This document shows positions 1 to 13,780 of a stretch of 64,000 bases of DNA, piece by piece; position 1 is the stretch's first letter, and every line of letters starts with the position of its first letter. This stretch comes from Octopus vulgaris (taxonomy: Eukaryota). Location: the NCBI GenBank assembly GCA_951406725.2, contig OX597825.1:55056001-55120000 (forward strand). The letters run 5' to 3'. The notes under the pieces are model-generated. The model had not been told where the DNA came from and made no database searches. It saw only the letters and a list, made by a program, of their open reading frames with translations. The position numbers were made by a program, and so were the translations under genes.

Positions 1-322
1 GGAATATGTAGAGAGAAAACAGCTATTAATAAAATTAAATTAAGATTAACATTCATAGTTTACTTTCCTTATTCCTGCAAGAGCACGTGGTAATATCTGT
101 TAGTTTTTGGTGGCATGACAAGTTGAATTGACTGTGACCGCAAATCACTACCATCTGTTTTAGTAAATTAAATAGTTTGGTCAAGACTTGTTATCTTAGG
201 AGTGGCCGTAGCAGTCGAATAACTAGCAGCAGTAATAATGTCATCATAGTGAAGTTGTTCCCCCTAGGGTTTTTAATGGAAATCGAGTTCTTCGACACCT
301 TGTCTTTACTTCCTATGAATAA

Positions 323-545
323 CTTGCATATCCATATATATACATATATTCACATATATATACATATACACATACATAAATGTACATACACAAACATATA
401 TATATATTTATATATATATATATATATATATCCATACACATACATACATACCTATATACATATATATATACACATGCATATATATATACTTATATACATA
501 TATAACACACTCATACATATGTATTTACATACATATATATATATA
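323..545. repeat. mixed (TA)n/(CA)n microsatellite
   Basis: Directly visible dinucleotide tract. Confidence 0.9.
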
Positions 546-837
546 AAAAAGTCTCAGTGCATATGTGTTTTTCTTTTCATTTTTCTTTTTCTGTAAAGGT
601 AATGTTTGCTCTTGGGCTTGTAAATCATAAGGCTAGGTGAAAGTAAACAGCTCTTTTCTCCTTACATATTCCCTTTTACTATATATTTTTGATAAGGTTT
701 TTCAAAAACTGAAACATGTAAATGTATTCATATAAAAGGGAAATTAAAATGCACCCAATTTTAAGAAAGTAGCATCTTCGTTCTTGTTTTTCATAAATAT
801 TTACTTACTTGTACGTTACCTCTACACATTTTTCAAA

Positions 838-872
838 CATATATATATATATCTATGTGTGTGTGTGTGTGT

Positions 873-922
<50 letters not shown>

Positions 923-1252
923 ATATGTGTGTATATATATATATATATATGTGTATATATATATATATACATATATATATATGTGTGTATATATATATAT
1001 ATACATATATATGTGTATATATATATATATATATACATATATATGTGTATATATATATATATATACATATATGTGTATATATATATATATACATATATGT
1101 GTATATATATATATACATATATATATATGTGTATATATATATATAATATATATATGTGTATATATATATATATACATATATATGTGTAAATATATATATA
1201 TATATATACATATATATGTGTAAATATATATATATATATACATATATATGTG

Positions 1253-1326
<74 letters not shown>

Positions 1327-1332
1327 TATGTG

Positions 1333-1399
<67 letters not shown>

Positions 1400-1413
1400 A
1401 TATATATATATAT
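838..1413. repeat. long compound (TA)n microsatellite with periodic TG/CA interruptions
   Basis: Directly visible; source of the YI-rich ORFs 784-1504. Confidence 0.95.
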
Positions 1414-1765
1414 AGTCGCAGATGTGGGTGTGTGATATGAAGCTTGCTTCCCAGTCATTTGGTTCTGGTTCAGTCTCAAAGCATGGCACCTTGAGCAATG
1501 CCATTTAGTCTAGCTTAGTTTTGGCCCAACCAAAGGCCCTTTAAGTGGACTCAGTAGATAGAAACTAAAAGAAGCCCATTTATTTTTGTGTGTGTGTGTG
1601 TGTGTGTATTTTTTTTCTCTGTTGGTTTGTCCACAACCCCATAACCTAGTGGTTTGGCAAAAGAGAGCAATACAAAATGTCTAAGAGCAATTTGCTTGAC
1701 AAAACTCACTCAAGGCAGCACACTAGCATGGCTGCAATCCAAGAATGAAACAAGTAAAAGATAAA
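1414..1765 (+). mobile_element. SINE family A (tRNA-derived, octopus-type), degenerate
   Basis: Head gaagcttgcttccca...ggttcagtc (B-box-like), body gaaactaaaagaagccc, TG tract, tail gcatggctgca...gaaacaagtaaaaga; matches 54047-54465. Confidence 0.85.
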
Positions 1766-1822
1766 ATATAATATAATATGTATAATATAACATACACACA
1801 CATATATATATATGTGTGTATG

Positions 1823-1853
<31 letters not shown>

Positions 1854-2211
1854 GTTTGTGATCTTGCAATCCAATAATGTACAGAGGTCTCATTACTGAT
1901 TCTTGTTCATTAAGTCCGAAACTGGGCTGCAATGGCATATCACAGTGCACAAGAATGCCATTCTATGGACAGACCTAATCAATCTTTCAGACAAAATATG
2001 TGTATGTGTGGATTTTTTTTTTTCTTTTTTCTTCTTTTCTAAAGGTAATGTTTGCTGTAGGGCTTGTAAATCATCAGTTGGTCCCTCTGAACATATGGGC
2101 TAGGTGAAAGTGAACAGAAATCAACTGGACAATGAATAATGAGAGAGCTTTCAGCTGACAAGATAAACCAATCATTACACATAAATACATACATACACAT
2201 AGATATGTATA

Positions 2212-2257
<46 letters not shown>

Positions 2258-3419
2258 CAAATATGTGTGTGTGTATACTCAAAGGTGTTAGTTCAAAGAA
2301 CTAATTAAGTGACAGATATAATAAAGTGCTCTAAGCAATTTATATTGAGTTTATGTATTTTCATTAAGATGAATGCAACAAATTTGCAAATATTGTTTCC
2401 CTTTCAGTTGACTTTAACAAGCACTGGAGATCATTCTAGAAGTTATCTATATATTGTCTGTGTGTTTGTGCAGGAATATAGAGACAGATATGACCGAGTG
2501 GTTAAGAAGCTTGCTTCTCAAACATGTGGTCTCAGGTTCAGTCCCACTACCTTTTCTATAGGTGCAGAAAATAAAAGCAGGATGGGAAGTATATACATCA
2601 ATTAAAGATGTGCCCAAAATACATGTATGTATGTATATATATGTACATATATATATATGTGTGCACACACAACCACACACACAAGCAAACAATATTATGT
2701 GGTAAAGCTTCAACAAGTAGAATAGCACTTGATCAGCTAGGAAAAAAAAAATTAGGCAACTGACAGATGGTCTTGTTCTCAGCTTGAAAAATGGCTAGGT
2801 AAGTTAATGTTTAGACCAGGAAACCTTGGGTAGCTGTATTTAACAAGACTTGTAGCCTTATATTATATATATATATATATATATACAGTAGGTACTTAGC
2901 TGAAAGGCTAAGACAACCATCTATGAGGTCATGAGATCAATGCCACAGCAGAGCATCTTTGGTAGATGTTATTTTCTAAAACCTTTTGTTAATCTAAGCC
3001 TTGTTAGTGAAATAGGGTAGCTGGAGCCTCTATAGAAGCCTGTTGGATGGATTGCACCCTTAATTTCAATGGTACAGCCCTGTCACACTGGGTCACACTG
3101 ATTCTGGCTGAGAATTACATTGCAAGTAGATGTGTCCGCCACTTGCAGTAAGCAGTTAAGTTGATGAAATTACTGAATTCTCATCATTATCATTTAATGT
3201 CCGTTTTCCATGCTAGCATGGGTTGACCCTCCAATCGTTATATAGCACAGGGTGGTCATGTATGTTCTCTGTAGCAAGAAATTGTACCTTTCCTTCTCTC
3301 ATAATTTACTCACTCAACATCTGGCATAAAGCCCTCACCATCATTAAAATAATCCTACTCTATCAAGGCATCTCTTTTATTCATCTTATGTCATACTAGA
3401 GAACCTCATTAATGCAGGA

Positions 3420-3580
3420 GTCATGAAAAAGCACTAGAAATCTCTGTAAAGTGATTGGTGTTAGGAAGGGCATCCAACCATAGAAATCACACCAAAGCAG
3501 ACACTAGAGCTTGATGTAGTCCTCTGGCTGGTCAGATCCAGTGGAACTCATGTCAGCATGGAATATGGATATTAAATATG
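3420..3580 (+). mobile_element. SINE-like family C (RTE-tailed) fragment
   Basis: gattggtgttaggaagggcatcca...agaaa...catgtcagcatggaa core shared with 17206-17457. Confidence 0.75.
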
Positions 3581-3830
3581 GAGCATAAGCATATATATAT
3601 TTATATATATATATAAATGTAAGAAGAGTAGCTAATTTTGTGTGTGGAAGTGCAATATAAGGATGGCAGAAATGGTCCATATATGTAGCGTGGGAAAAAA
3701 ATATGAGGAATTTATAAATTTGACAAATATGCAATAAGCAATAATTTGTAAACTATTCCTTTTGAATGAGAAATTCAATTGTGTAAGCCTTTAGTGAAGG
3801 TGAAATTTGTACTTAAAGGGAGATAACCGA

Positions 3831-4041
3831 TTTTAAATTTTGGCACAAGGCCAGCAATTTTGGGGGAAGGGGTAAGTCAATTACAACAAGCCCAGTAGTT
3901 GACTGTTACTTATTTTATCAACTTTGAATGGATGAAAGCAAAGTCAAACCTTGGGGAAATTTGAACTGAAAACATGAAGACGAACAAAATGCCACTAAGC
4001 ATTTGCCTGGAATGCTAACGATTCTGCCAACTTGCCACCTT
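3831..4041 (-). mobile_element. SINE family B (tRNA-derived)
   Basis: ttggcacaaggccagcaatttt...tttgaact...gctaacgattctgcca; reverse complement of 40194-40403. Confidence 0.85.
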
Positions 4042-4988
4042 TAAAGGGAATTAATTAGGTTGTGCTTATGTTCATAAGCTAAAGGGCTAAATAATGAAAT
4101 CTAGTTGATGTTTAAGAAATTTAGGAAAGAAGTATTTGGAATGGAGAAAAAATGGGTAATGAATAAATTAGACAATTAATTAATTAATCGGTTAATTAGT
4201 GGATTGAATAATAACATTTATGTTATAGTTCTTAAGCAAATTACAGGATGGTTTGGTGTGGTCTTACTAGGAAAGTTATTTAATGAGTAAATTAAAATGA
4301 ATTAAATTAATTTAAAGATAAGAAAAACATGAGAAAAGGGAACATTTTGAAAAAAAAAACTTGCATGAAAGAATTTATTCCTCAAACACTTAAGGAGGAA
4401 AATATTCTTAAACGTTACCTTAAATGTAAAATATTTTTTTAGCATTATTTAGTTAAGTGACAGTGGGGAGTGGGGACCAATTCTAAGCTGCTAAATCAGC
4501 TAACTCCTTTAAAACATTTAGAAAATTGTTAACGAGTGATAATTATAGTGTGCAACATAATTAGAAATTGCAAAGTTGTTGTGAACGAGTTTTATAGATT
4601 AAAAACAAAACTGGGAGTTAAATATATTAAACTGGCATAGGCATGACTAAGAAGTAAGCCATGTAGATTTGGGTTCAGTCCTTCTGCACACCATCTTAGG
4701 CAAAACTCTTCTGTAATAGCTCCAGAGTGGTGCCCAAACTTTTGAAAGTGGGTTTGGCAGTTAGAAACTGAAAGAAAACCATCGATATATATCTTCCAAA
4801 TAATAAAACAAAGAACTGATGAGTTACAACTGTTTTTGTACCAACTCTGCCTTTCAGCACCAGTTTACATAAAATTTTGAAGTGAAAATTTACATAATGT
4901 TAGCAATTTCACACATTAAATGGCATTCCATCAGACTTACATCAAAGAGCACTGATACACTGTGCATGTGTGTGTGTATATATATATC

Positions 4989-5098
4989 ATTGATGAAGGA
5001 AACAGAAAATGGATTTGGTACAGATGTTTATACAGCTCAACAATCTTCGTGCTGGATAAAGACTCATACTAAATTCATCTTCAGTTTCCTTCATCAAT
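4989..5098. repeat. imperfect inverted repeat, about 110-nt hairpin
   Basis: 4989-5020 matches the reverse complement of 5067-5098 at 28/32; inner tttatacagc/gctggataaa also pairs. Confidence 0.85.
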
Positions 5099-7439
5099 TA
5101 TAAGCTCAACAAACACTGAGGATTTCCTGACATTGGCCAGTGAAAAGTATATTGTAGCTGTGGATGACATCAGATAGGCCCAATGATGAACGTGCTTTAA
5201 TCAACATACTAATAGACATATACCTGAAGTCCAAATAGTTTTACACATACACACACACAAACAAGAAATATGTGTGTATGTGTGTATATATGAGTGTGTC
5301 TGTTTGTTTATAACTACACTTCTTTAAAAGCCTATTTCCAGACTCTTGGATGTGCAAAGATTGCAAGATCTTTTATGTCTGGCTTTAATTTTAGCTCTGG
5401 ACAGGAATTTCCATTTCAGATTATGAGACAAATTTTGACTTTCCAGTTCCCTGATGGACTGAGATAAAGTGGCTTCATTAGTTCTATCAGAGTTGTTAAT
5501 TGTATAGCTATGATTCTAAAATCCTGATATTTAAAAGGATTAGAAGTGAGTGTTTGTAGGTTTTGAAAGTTGTAGTATGGAATTACTACCTAAGCAAATG
5601 GAGCAAAGGGTAAAAACAATAATGGATTGATACAACTACAGTTAATAATTGGTCAAAGGTTGTAAGTTCAGCTTAAAGTAGATGAGTTTAGTATTTTGTG
5701 CAATGATCAGTGTGCTGAAATAAGAAGGTTTGATGATGGTTGTGTTTAAAATTTTATATTTCTTCTGTAATTTGAAGAAATAATTTTGGGAGGGACAGAT
5801 GAGAAGTTGACCAGGAGTTTAAGCAAACTAATGTTTCATTTTTATTTCTATGTTTATGGCAACACATTCTTGGATAATCACATAATCAGAGTCAAAAATT
5901 TTCTCTTCAAAATATACTTATAGACAAGGTTCTATAAGTAAAATATTTGCTTGTTATCAGAAAGCTTAGATAATTCAAGAGAAACATTTTAAATTAAGTT
6001 AACCAATGTTAGGTGATTAGAATGCTTGTGAGTGTAGTCAAAAAATTTATGATAAGAGTAATATAAGACGTTGGTTTAAATTTAAAGCAACTTTTAGAAA
6101 ATTAACTTTATTCAGTTATCTTTAATCCTAAGCTCTCATGAAAAAAAAATTGTTTTTCTAATTATATCCATAGATTTATAATTAAAATTATGCAAAAACA
6201 AAAGTCCATCATCACATTATAATCCATTTGTGGTATCTGAGAATTTTATTTAAATATTGTGTAATAAAAGCCTATAAGGTTGTTAAATTTGACACATTCA
6301 TTATCTCCCAATCTTACACCAAAAAACAATATTGGATACATTGCTTTTTAAATCCATACACAATTGTTATATTTCACAACTGTTTGGTATACATGTAGTA
6401 TAATGTTAATTTTGGGGCCAGTAATTTTGGTAACTGATTTTGTGAATGAAATGCATCAATGAATAAACATTGCACGATTGACAGAAAATAGTCTTTACTA
6501 TCACAAACTAGAAATTTTGTGATGTTCTTATTCAAATTTGATTTGAAATATTTATTCCTGCTGGAATAATATTTATTCCTGCTATAAAGGTAAGAGGGAA
6601 ACAACCAGCACTCAAGGGATAAGTCTATCTAATAAATGTTTACTAATAACTTCTGTGCCAGTTGAGGTGAGGTTTGTTAATTTAATTGCTTCCTACATAT
6701 TTAATATATTCAATCCTAATGAGTTGAGGATATTTCCATTTTCCATATATGGATTGTATCTGCAATGCCTGTAACACCCTCTTTACAAAATATTAGCATC
6801 CTTGCATCCCTTCTTCTAACGTTTCTGTCTCCATCCTTTTATACAGATATAAACACACATAAAAATAAATTCATCCAAATATCTTTTTTGCCCACTATTC
6901 CTGGGAGAGTTGTGGAGGTAGTCATCAGGCACTGCATCCATAGAGCCTTATATGAAATAATTTTCATTAGACTTCCACATAGATTCTCATGCATGACCAA
7001 CTGAGACTATGATATTATCCAAACCAACTTGTTCTTGGTCTACCGCTAGGTCTCCTACTGGTTGTCATGGCTTGAAGAATGTGATTCTTTCCTGCAACAT
7101 ACTAATTACATGTCTGTTGCACTGGAGCCATAATGTCTCATTGCTGAGAAGTAGCAGCTCAGCAGACATGCATACACACATTCAAAAGAAACCAACTTCT
7201 AGAACATCTCCAGTGCTTGATAACATAGTCTTAGACACAATCAGAATTTGCAAAACTGTAGAACTAATTTTAGCATTTGTGTGTGTGTGTGTGGCATGTG
7301 TAAATAGAATTTCACACTATAACTGCACAAATGTGCATTGGTTTACACTCAAAATATTTTTTAAAAATCACGAAATATTATGAAACTGTATGAAATGAAA
7401 ATCAATTAATTTTTCAGAAATAAAAAATATTTCCTAATT

Positions 7440-7750
7440 TGAATTCCAACTTCAGTCTTACTGTGTGGCACCTTGGGCAAGAGTCTTCTGCTATAGCCTC
7501 AGGCTAACCAAAGCCTTGTGGGTGGATTTGGTAGACAGAAACTGAAAGAATTCTGTTGTATGTGTGTGTCTGTGTTTGCCCACCACCACTTAATATCTGG
7601 TGTTATGTCCCTGTAACTTAGCAGTTCAGCAAAAAGAAATTGGTAGAATAAGTACCAGGCTTTAAAAAAAAGAAGTACAGGGGTCTATTCATCCAAGTAA
7701 AAATTCTTCAAGCATAGCTGCAGTCAACTGACTGAATAAGTAAAAAGAAA
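7440..7750 (+). mobile_element. SINE family A, 5' degraded
   Basis: gtggcaccttgggcaag...gatttggtagacagaaactgaaagaa...agaataagtacc...gtaaaaag. Confidence 0.85.
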
Positions 7751-7849
7751 ATCAAATTTCTGACTAATGAACTTTGTTATTAACCACTCAGTATACTTAG
7801 AGCCCTTTCAACATTTTCTCAGTAATTTTTTTGATGGCTATCGAAGTAA

Positions 7850-8430
7850 TATTTAAATCTGAGGAGGCGTTCAGAATTTTAATCGGTTGTCTCTGTTATT
7901 TACTGGTTTTTTTCACACTTGTTTTTACCTGTTTGGGATATCTGGAATCTGAACAATGAGAAGGTGGGAGATGTTCCTGAAATTCTTCCTAAGTCTGATA
8001 TTGGTTGGTCAACCCTTTTGAACTAAGAAATATGTCCACAATTAAACAAAGCCATGGTTCAACAGTTCTCTGAGATTCTGATAATGTGGCTGTTCGGTTA
8101 TTTTTCTTCTTAGTCATAAATCTTGTAATTGCTTGATGCATTGCACTTTCAGACTAAAGATACTATCAAATTTGCAATACTTTTTTCCTTGACTCTTCTC
8201 ACATTTGATTGGGGTCCATTCAAATAGATTTTATCATCAAAACCAGTGTTCAACAGTTCTGCAAACTAGTCTCTCAAAAGACTGGTGTGTATTCAACCAT
8301 ACTCATGGCCATGCTCAACTACTCTCTTCCATGTAGGCTTTGAATTCACAGGAGCAGTCAAAAATCTATCAATACAGTTTTAAACTCTGTTCCACCAAAC
8401 TGGTTATAATTAATTGCCATATGTTAAGTT
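7850..8430 (-). pseudogene. possible highly decayed Tigger/pogo transposase C-terminal remnant
   Basis: Minus-strand pieces MDPNQ... and QAITRFMTKK resemble Tigger C-termini; many disruptions. Confidence 0.3.
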
Positions 8431-8559
8431 CATGCAGTTCAACTTCATAATCGAACTACAGTATATAACATTGGAAATCACTTTTTCTACTTTCACCTTT
8501 CCAAATAATATTTTGAATTTAGTAACCAGAAAAGACTTTTTTCATTTTCTTTCTTGGTA

Positions 8560-8995
8560 TAGACATGACTGAGTGATAAGAAGTTTACTCCTCAACCACA
8601 TGGTTCCGTGGTCAGTTCTATGGCATAGCACCTTGGGCAAGTGTCTTCTGCTATAGTCTTGGGAAAAGATCAAGCCCTAGTGAGAAGATTTTATAAACAA
8701 AAGCTGTAAGATGCCTGTCGTATGTGTGTGTGTGTATGTGTGTGTGTGTGTATGTGTGTGTGTGTGTATGTGTGTGTTACTGTTGCTTTGCTTTGACATC
8801 ACGGGAGAGTTGTGAGTGTCATGTTCATATAGGCAGTGTCTTTCATTTCCAAATTTTGTGAAAATATGTCAGGTTATGGGGAAATGTAACTTCACATGGA
8901 AACAGGAAAAGCATCTGGTCATAGAAAATCTGCCACAACATATACCATTCAACCCATGAAAGCATTGAAAAATGGATGTAATGATGATGATGATT
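8560..8995 (+). mobile_element. SINE with family A head, TG tract and GAT-tailed 3' part
   Basis: caaccacatggttcc...gcaccttgggcaagtgtcttctgctatag, then catagaaaatctgcc...cccatg...gatgatgatg; similar to 39225-39675. Confidence 0.7.
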
Positions 8996-10129
8996 TGTAA
9001 AATTATTGTGTTCAGATTTTATGTCTTAAATGACAACAAATGTGTTTAGAAGAACAATTTATTGTTTCCTCAGAAACGCAGCCACTATAAGCAGTACAAT
9101 GAGTTACAACACCTGTTTCTGCATCCTCAGGTTCATCATCTGGATTCTCTTAATCACTGAAACAATCTTCAACTCAATATTCGACATTTTCAACACCTTC
9201 AATCATTACTGATATCATTTTTAACAATCATTATTTCACTGATCACTATCAGTTCAGTATGTGGCGGTTCATAAGAAGCAATCAATACTTGAGCTGTTAT
9301 TGATTGTAGATAAAGCAAAGCTAGTGCTAGAACTGATCCCAAATGGTACCACTCTTCCAAAATTTTCACCAATATTTAATGCATTTTGAATAGCTAATAC
9401 ATGAGCAATAGAAACAATAATCTTCCTTTATTCTACTGCAGCCACATACACAGGGTCAAATTTTCCATCTCATTTACTTAAATCAATATTCAAAGGATGT
9501 CTTCATCTATTTTTATCAGTTGGTATTTGTTGTAAAGATATACATTTGGACAATTACTGCATTTAATGAATTTAGAATTTTGGCATGTTAGAACTGAAAT
9601 CTAACAGAACTACTACCTGGCATTACTTCTGTGCTATGTCAGGTTAAACAAGAATGTCACTTTGAGGGAAAAAAAATAACAGTTTTTGATATTTTAAAAT
9701 GAACTGAAATTTTTCAGCCAATTAAAAATCATACAAACCATTTTTTCAAATTATGAAATTCACATTTTTTCTGTAGAGCATTATGGTGGTTTCAATGATG
9801 TGTGCATTTGTGTGTATATGATTATATGTGCACATACATATATGTAGCTTAGTGGTTAAAGAGCTACACTCTTGATCATAAGGTTATGGGTTCAATTCCT
9901 TGACTAAGTGACACATTGTGTCCTTGAGCAAGGCACTTCATTTCATGTTAATCTAATCTACTCAGTGTACCCTCTTTCGAACTGTCAGATCATAATTAAG
10001 GTAAGAGTTGGCAAACAAGCTAACAATGAAACCATAGAAACAGTGTTTCCATTTGTTTTTCAAATTGCTGATACTAGCTGTCAGTTGCTTGACATTAGTT
10101 TTTCTTCTTGTTTAACTTCATTCATTCAT

Positions 10130-10550
10130 TATATTCACTGCTTCATTCATTCTCCATTTCTCACTCTCTCTCTCTTACGCCCTTGCAACCTCCACCATCC
10201 ATACTCCAATACTTCTATCTTCATTCACTTCAACTCACTGCTTATGTTTATAGTCCACACACACACCTCATCACTGAAATTTTTACCTCTTCCCCAATCC
10301 ACCCTCTTCATTCTCATCCTCTTCTAAAACATGAATATCCATGTGATTCCACTACATCAAAAAACTTGTTATGTGCTGTCCTTGTCTCCCATATTTTAAC
10401 CTCACCTCTCCAAGCATGAAACCATCCCTCTCTAGGTTTGTAGTCTTGTAAGCCGTGTGATGACCTCACAAGTACAGATGGCATGAAGAAAATTACCCTG
10501 TACATGCTGTAAATTGGTTGGTGTTAGGAAGGGCATCCAGCCTAGATGTA
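10130..10550 (+). mobile_element. family C element with pyrimidine-rich leader
   Basis: C/T-rich 10130-10430 followed by ggttggtgttaggaagggcatccagcc core. Confidence 0.6.
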
Positions 10551-10577
10551 ATGGCAGAATAGACAGTATGACCCTTG

Positions 10578-10738
10578 CTGGGCCAGCCCTTGGGTTGCTG
10601 GTACCCTGGACAAGCTGAACTTTGGTGTGTAAAAGCTGTTGGTCATGAAAATTTCTTTGTCTTTGTATTCCTTGGTGCTCCATAGCACATGGCACCCTGG
10701 GCGACTGCCTGAGTTCCTGGTACCTTGAGCCAGCCCTG
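10578..10738. mobile_element. non-autonomous hAT-type MITE
   Basis: Perfect 8-bp target-site duplication GACCCTTG (10570-10577 and 10739-10746); degenerate CAGGGCCGGC-like terminal inverted repeats. Confidence 0.75.
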
Positions 10739-11719
10739 GACCCTTGGATCAGTTTGATTATGTTATACTGCTCAATTCATGCCACAGACTAGAACAAGAG
10801 CATTAAATGTTGTTGAAAACAATCAGCTACAACTCTCAATAGAAGTACTGCTGTTTTTCAGTGATGAGGCAACATTTGGACTCAGAGTGCAGAGGTCCAC
10901 AATAGATACGGCAAGGCATGCAACCCATCTTTCAAATGGCTCAGCTAATACACCTCCCTGAATTGGTGATTTTTTTCTTTTTATGTTTATTGACTCCCAA
11001 AGAATAAAACACAAACTTAACCGTAGCAGGATTTGAAATCAGAGCACAGAGAACGAGAATAAATACAATAAGGCATTCTATCTAGAATTCTAACACCTCT
11101 GCTGATTCACTATCTTATGAATAATTTCTTGTAACTATATTGCGCAATATTCTAAGAGAAGAAAGAGAAAGCTTCCTATTCTGATCTGTGATTTAAAGAA
11201 AATATAGAAGACGTCTATTTCAGAATACTGTGTTTTGAGAAACGTGACTCTAATCAGCTGGCGTGTAAAAAAAGATAGAATACCACCATGACCGATATCA
11301 TAAAGCTATCATTCATCTTGTGATTAGGTACAAAAACTGTCTGGAAAGGACAAATGTACCAAAAGCAGATGCATTTTATATCAACTAGAATGAAATCATC
11401 ATTCAATATTCATGTGTGTGTGTGTGTGTGTGTGCGCGCACGAGTATCTATCTCTACATATACTGCATGCATCTATATGAGTGTGCATATGTATTTGTGC
11501 ATACATATGCATGTTTCTGCATGAATGAATGTGTGTATGTATAGGTGTGCGTGCGTGTGTATGTACGTGTGTATACAGACACACACATAAAATCACAATT
11601 TGCAGGTGATAAATGGGTTAATTAAGTAAGTTATTTCTTAAAAAAGATTCCCTCATTGCTTTGTATTCTGTTGATTAGATCTCCTGTCTCATAATGACAT
11701 TTTCTATTTCATACAATAT

Positions 11720-11759
<40 letters not shown>

Positions 11760-11859
11760 AGATATACATATGTATGTATATTATTTATGTCTGTATGTGT
11801 CTGTATATATGTATATATACACATTCATGCACAAACACATATACACACACAAGTAAGCA

Positions 11860-11906
<47 letters not shown>

Positions 11907-13155
11907 GTGCATGTGTATCTAAAAAAGAATTCACTAAATCTCCATAGAAAGTAAACTTACTGAGATTATCAATTTCTTGATTGATATTCTTATTAATTAT
12001 TGATTTTTTTTTGTTTTTGTTTATTATGAAAGTTGTACATTTAATATTTTTCATTATTTCTACAATTTTCATATAGTTGTTGTTGTTATTTTTTGTACTT
12101 CATTTCATTTAAGTTTTTTAAACCTGACATTTTTTTTTTTGAAAATACACACATACACATACAAGCAATCAATCTACACATATATACACATAACGTGCAT
12201 GTGTATTTCTGTGAGTGCATGCAAGCATGTGTATGTAATGGGTGTATACACGCATACCAGCATGGGAATTGGTTGTAAAATGGTGGCACTGCTGCTGTGT
12301 GTGTATGATATATTCACACATATAAATATATATTATATATACACATATGCACATAATCATACATATATACATACATGTATTATACACGGGCATGTGATCA
12401 TATATATATTCATAAAGAAATTTATAGGTGTATAATGTTACACATATGTATATGCATTCTGTATTGCTATTCTCATCACTATTTTAAACCTATAAATGTG
12501 TATATATGTGTGTGATTATCAAATATCTATATTATATAAGTGTATGAGCTTTTATACATACTTATATACATATATACATAGTTATACACACACACACACA
12601 CATACATATATATGGTAAGACAGAGAAGATAAGTAAATAAGCACCCATATATATATATATATGTGCGTATGTGTAATATGTAATAAACATTCCTAATAAT
12701 TTTATTGTTGATTTCTTTGTTTTTCATTATTCCTCTTCTTCATTTTCCTTTTCTAAAAATAATAAATTCATTTGTTGTCATTTTTTATGTTTGTTTTTCG
12801 CCCCTTTGTTTAAATATTTTTCTCTTTTCAATTTTATTTTTTTCTATTTTTTAGCAGCTGAAAAATTAAATTTATCAATTATTATCTAATGAAAACACAC
12901 ACAAACAAAACACAACAAATTTTCTAATATTTCTTTTTTCCTTTTCGATATTTTTTCTTTTTTTTTTCAGTTTTTTTGCAGCTTTAACGAAGTTAGCTGG
13001 CTAAATTGCAAGGAAACGTCTAACAGAAGTGCTCACATTTTAGAAGTCTAACCATTATTTTATTTCATATATTTTTTTCCCATTTTTTCTGCTGTTGTTG
13101 CTGTTTATTTTTGTTTCTTTGATATTCATTGATTCTATCCACTAACCATTTCTAG

Positions 13156-13269
13156 CAAGCCACTCTGCCAAGCAAATCTAACCAAACCGATATGGGTAGA
13201 AACGCATTTTATCTGTGCAGCTGCTGCTTTCTCTGTGCAAATTATATTAACGATAAATTCTCTTGAGAC
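13156..13269 (+). CDS. candidate internal exon A of an unidentified host gene (coding status uncertain)
   Basis: Branch-point-like CACTAAC, acceptor ttctag, donor GTGAGC; one frame open (KPLCQANLTKPIWVETHFICAAAAFSVQIILTINSLE); non-repetitive island. Confidence 0.35.
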
Positions 13270-13409
13270 GTGAGCAGTGCTTTCAAAGATTTCATTTTGC
13301 ATGAAAACAGGCCAAGTTTAACTTAACTTCCTTCTATAATATTCTAGATTCATAGCTATGGACCATAATTGTAGTCTGATCAATATATGAATGTCTGTAA
13401 GGTATTCTA

Positions 13410-13416
13410 TACATGC

Positions 13417-13494
<78 letters not shown>

Positions 13495-13780
13495 CACATA
13501 CATATACATTCATATATATATATATATACATATATGTGTATATATATATATATACACACATACATATACATTCATACATACATACATATACACATACGTA
13601 CACACATACTTGCTTATAAAGACCTACACACAAACACATATATCAATATATATGTGTGTGTGTATTATAAATACATACAGGCTTATACATACTTACACAT
13701 ATATATGTATACACACACACACATACACACATATATAATATCTGCATGTGTACATTTGCAGTGTGAGTACGTGTGTCTGT
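13410..13780. repeat. (TA)n/(CA)n microsatellite
   Basis: Directly visible. Confidence 0.9.

Noticed and set aside
169-320. Possible minus-strand terminal exon (GEQLHYDDIITAASYSTATATPKITSLDQTI then stop) and ORF 177-596
   Set aside because: Acceptor lacks a pyrimidine tract, no recognisable homology, and the + ORF runs into microsatellite
784-1504. Long ORFs (up to 223 aa) rich in Y/I/H/T/C/V, also near 13.3, 15.2, 18.0, 29.9 and 57.4 kb
   Set aside because: Translations of (TA)n/(CA)n microsatellites, which lack stops in several frames
9101-9140. Minus-strand CTGAGGA-tgca-GAAA-caggtg-TT hammerhead-like string
   Set aside because: Stem II has no loop, stem I is only 2 bp, and the context reads as acidic coding-like sequence (DDEPEDAETG); likely chance
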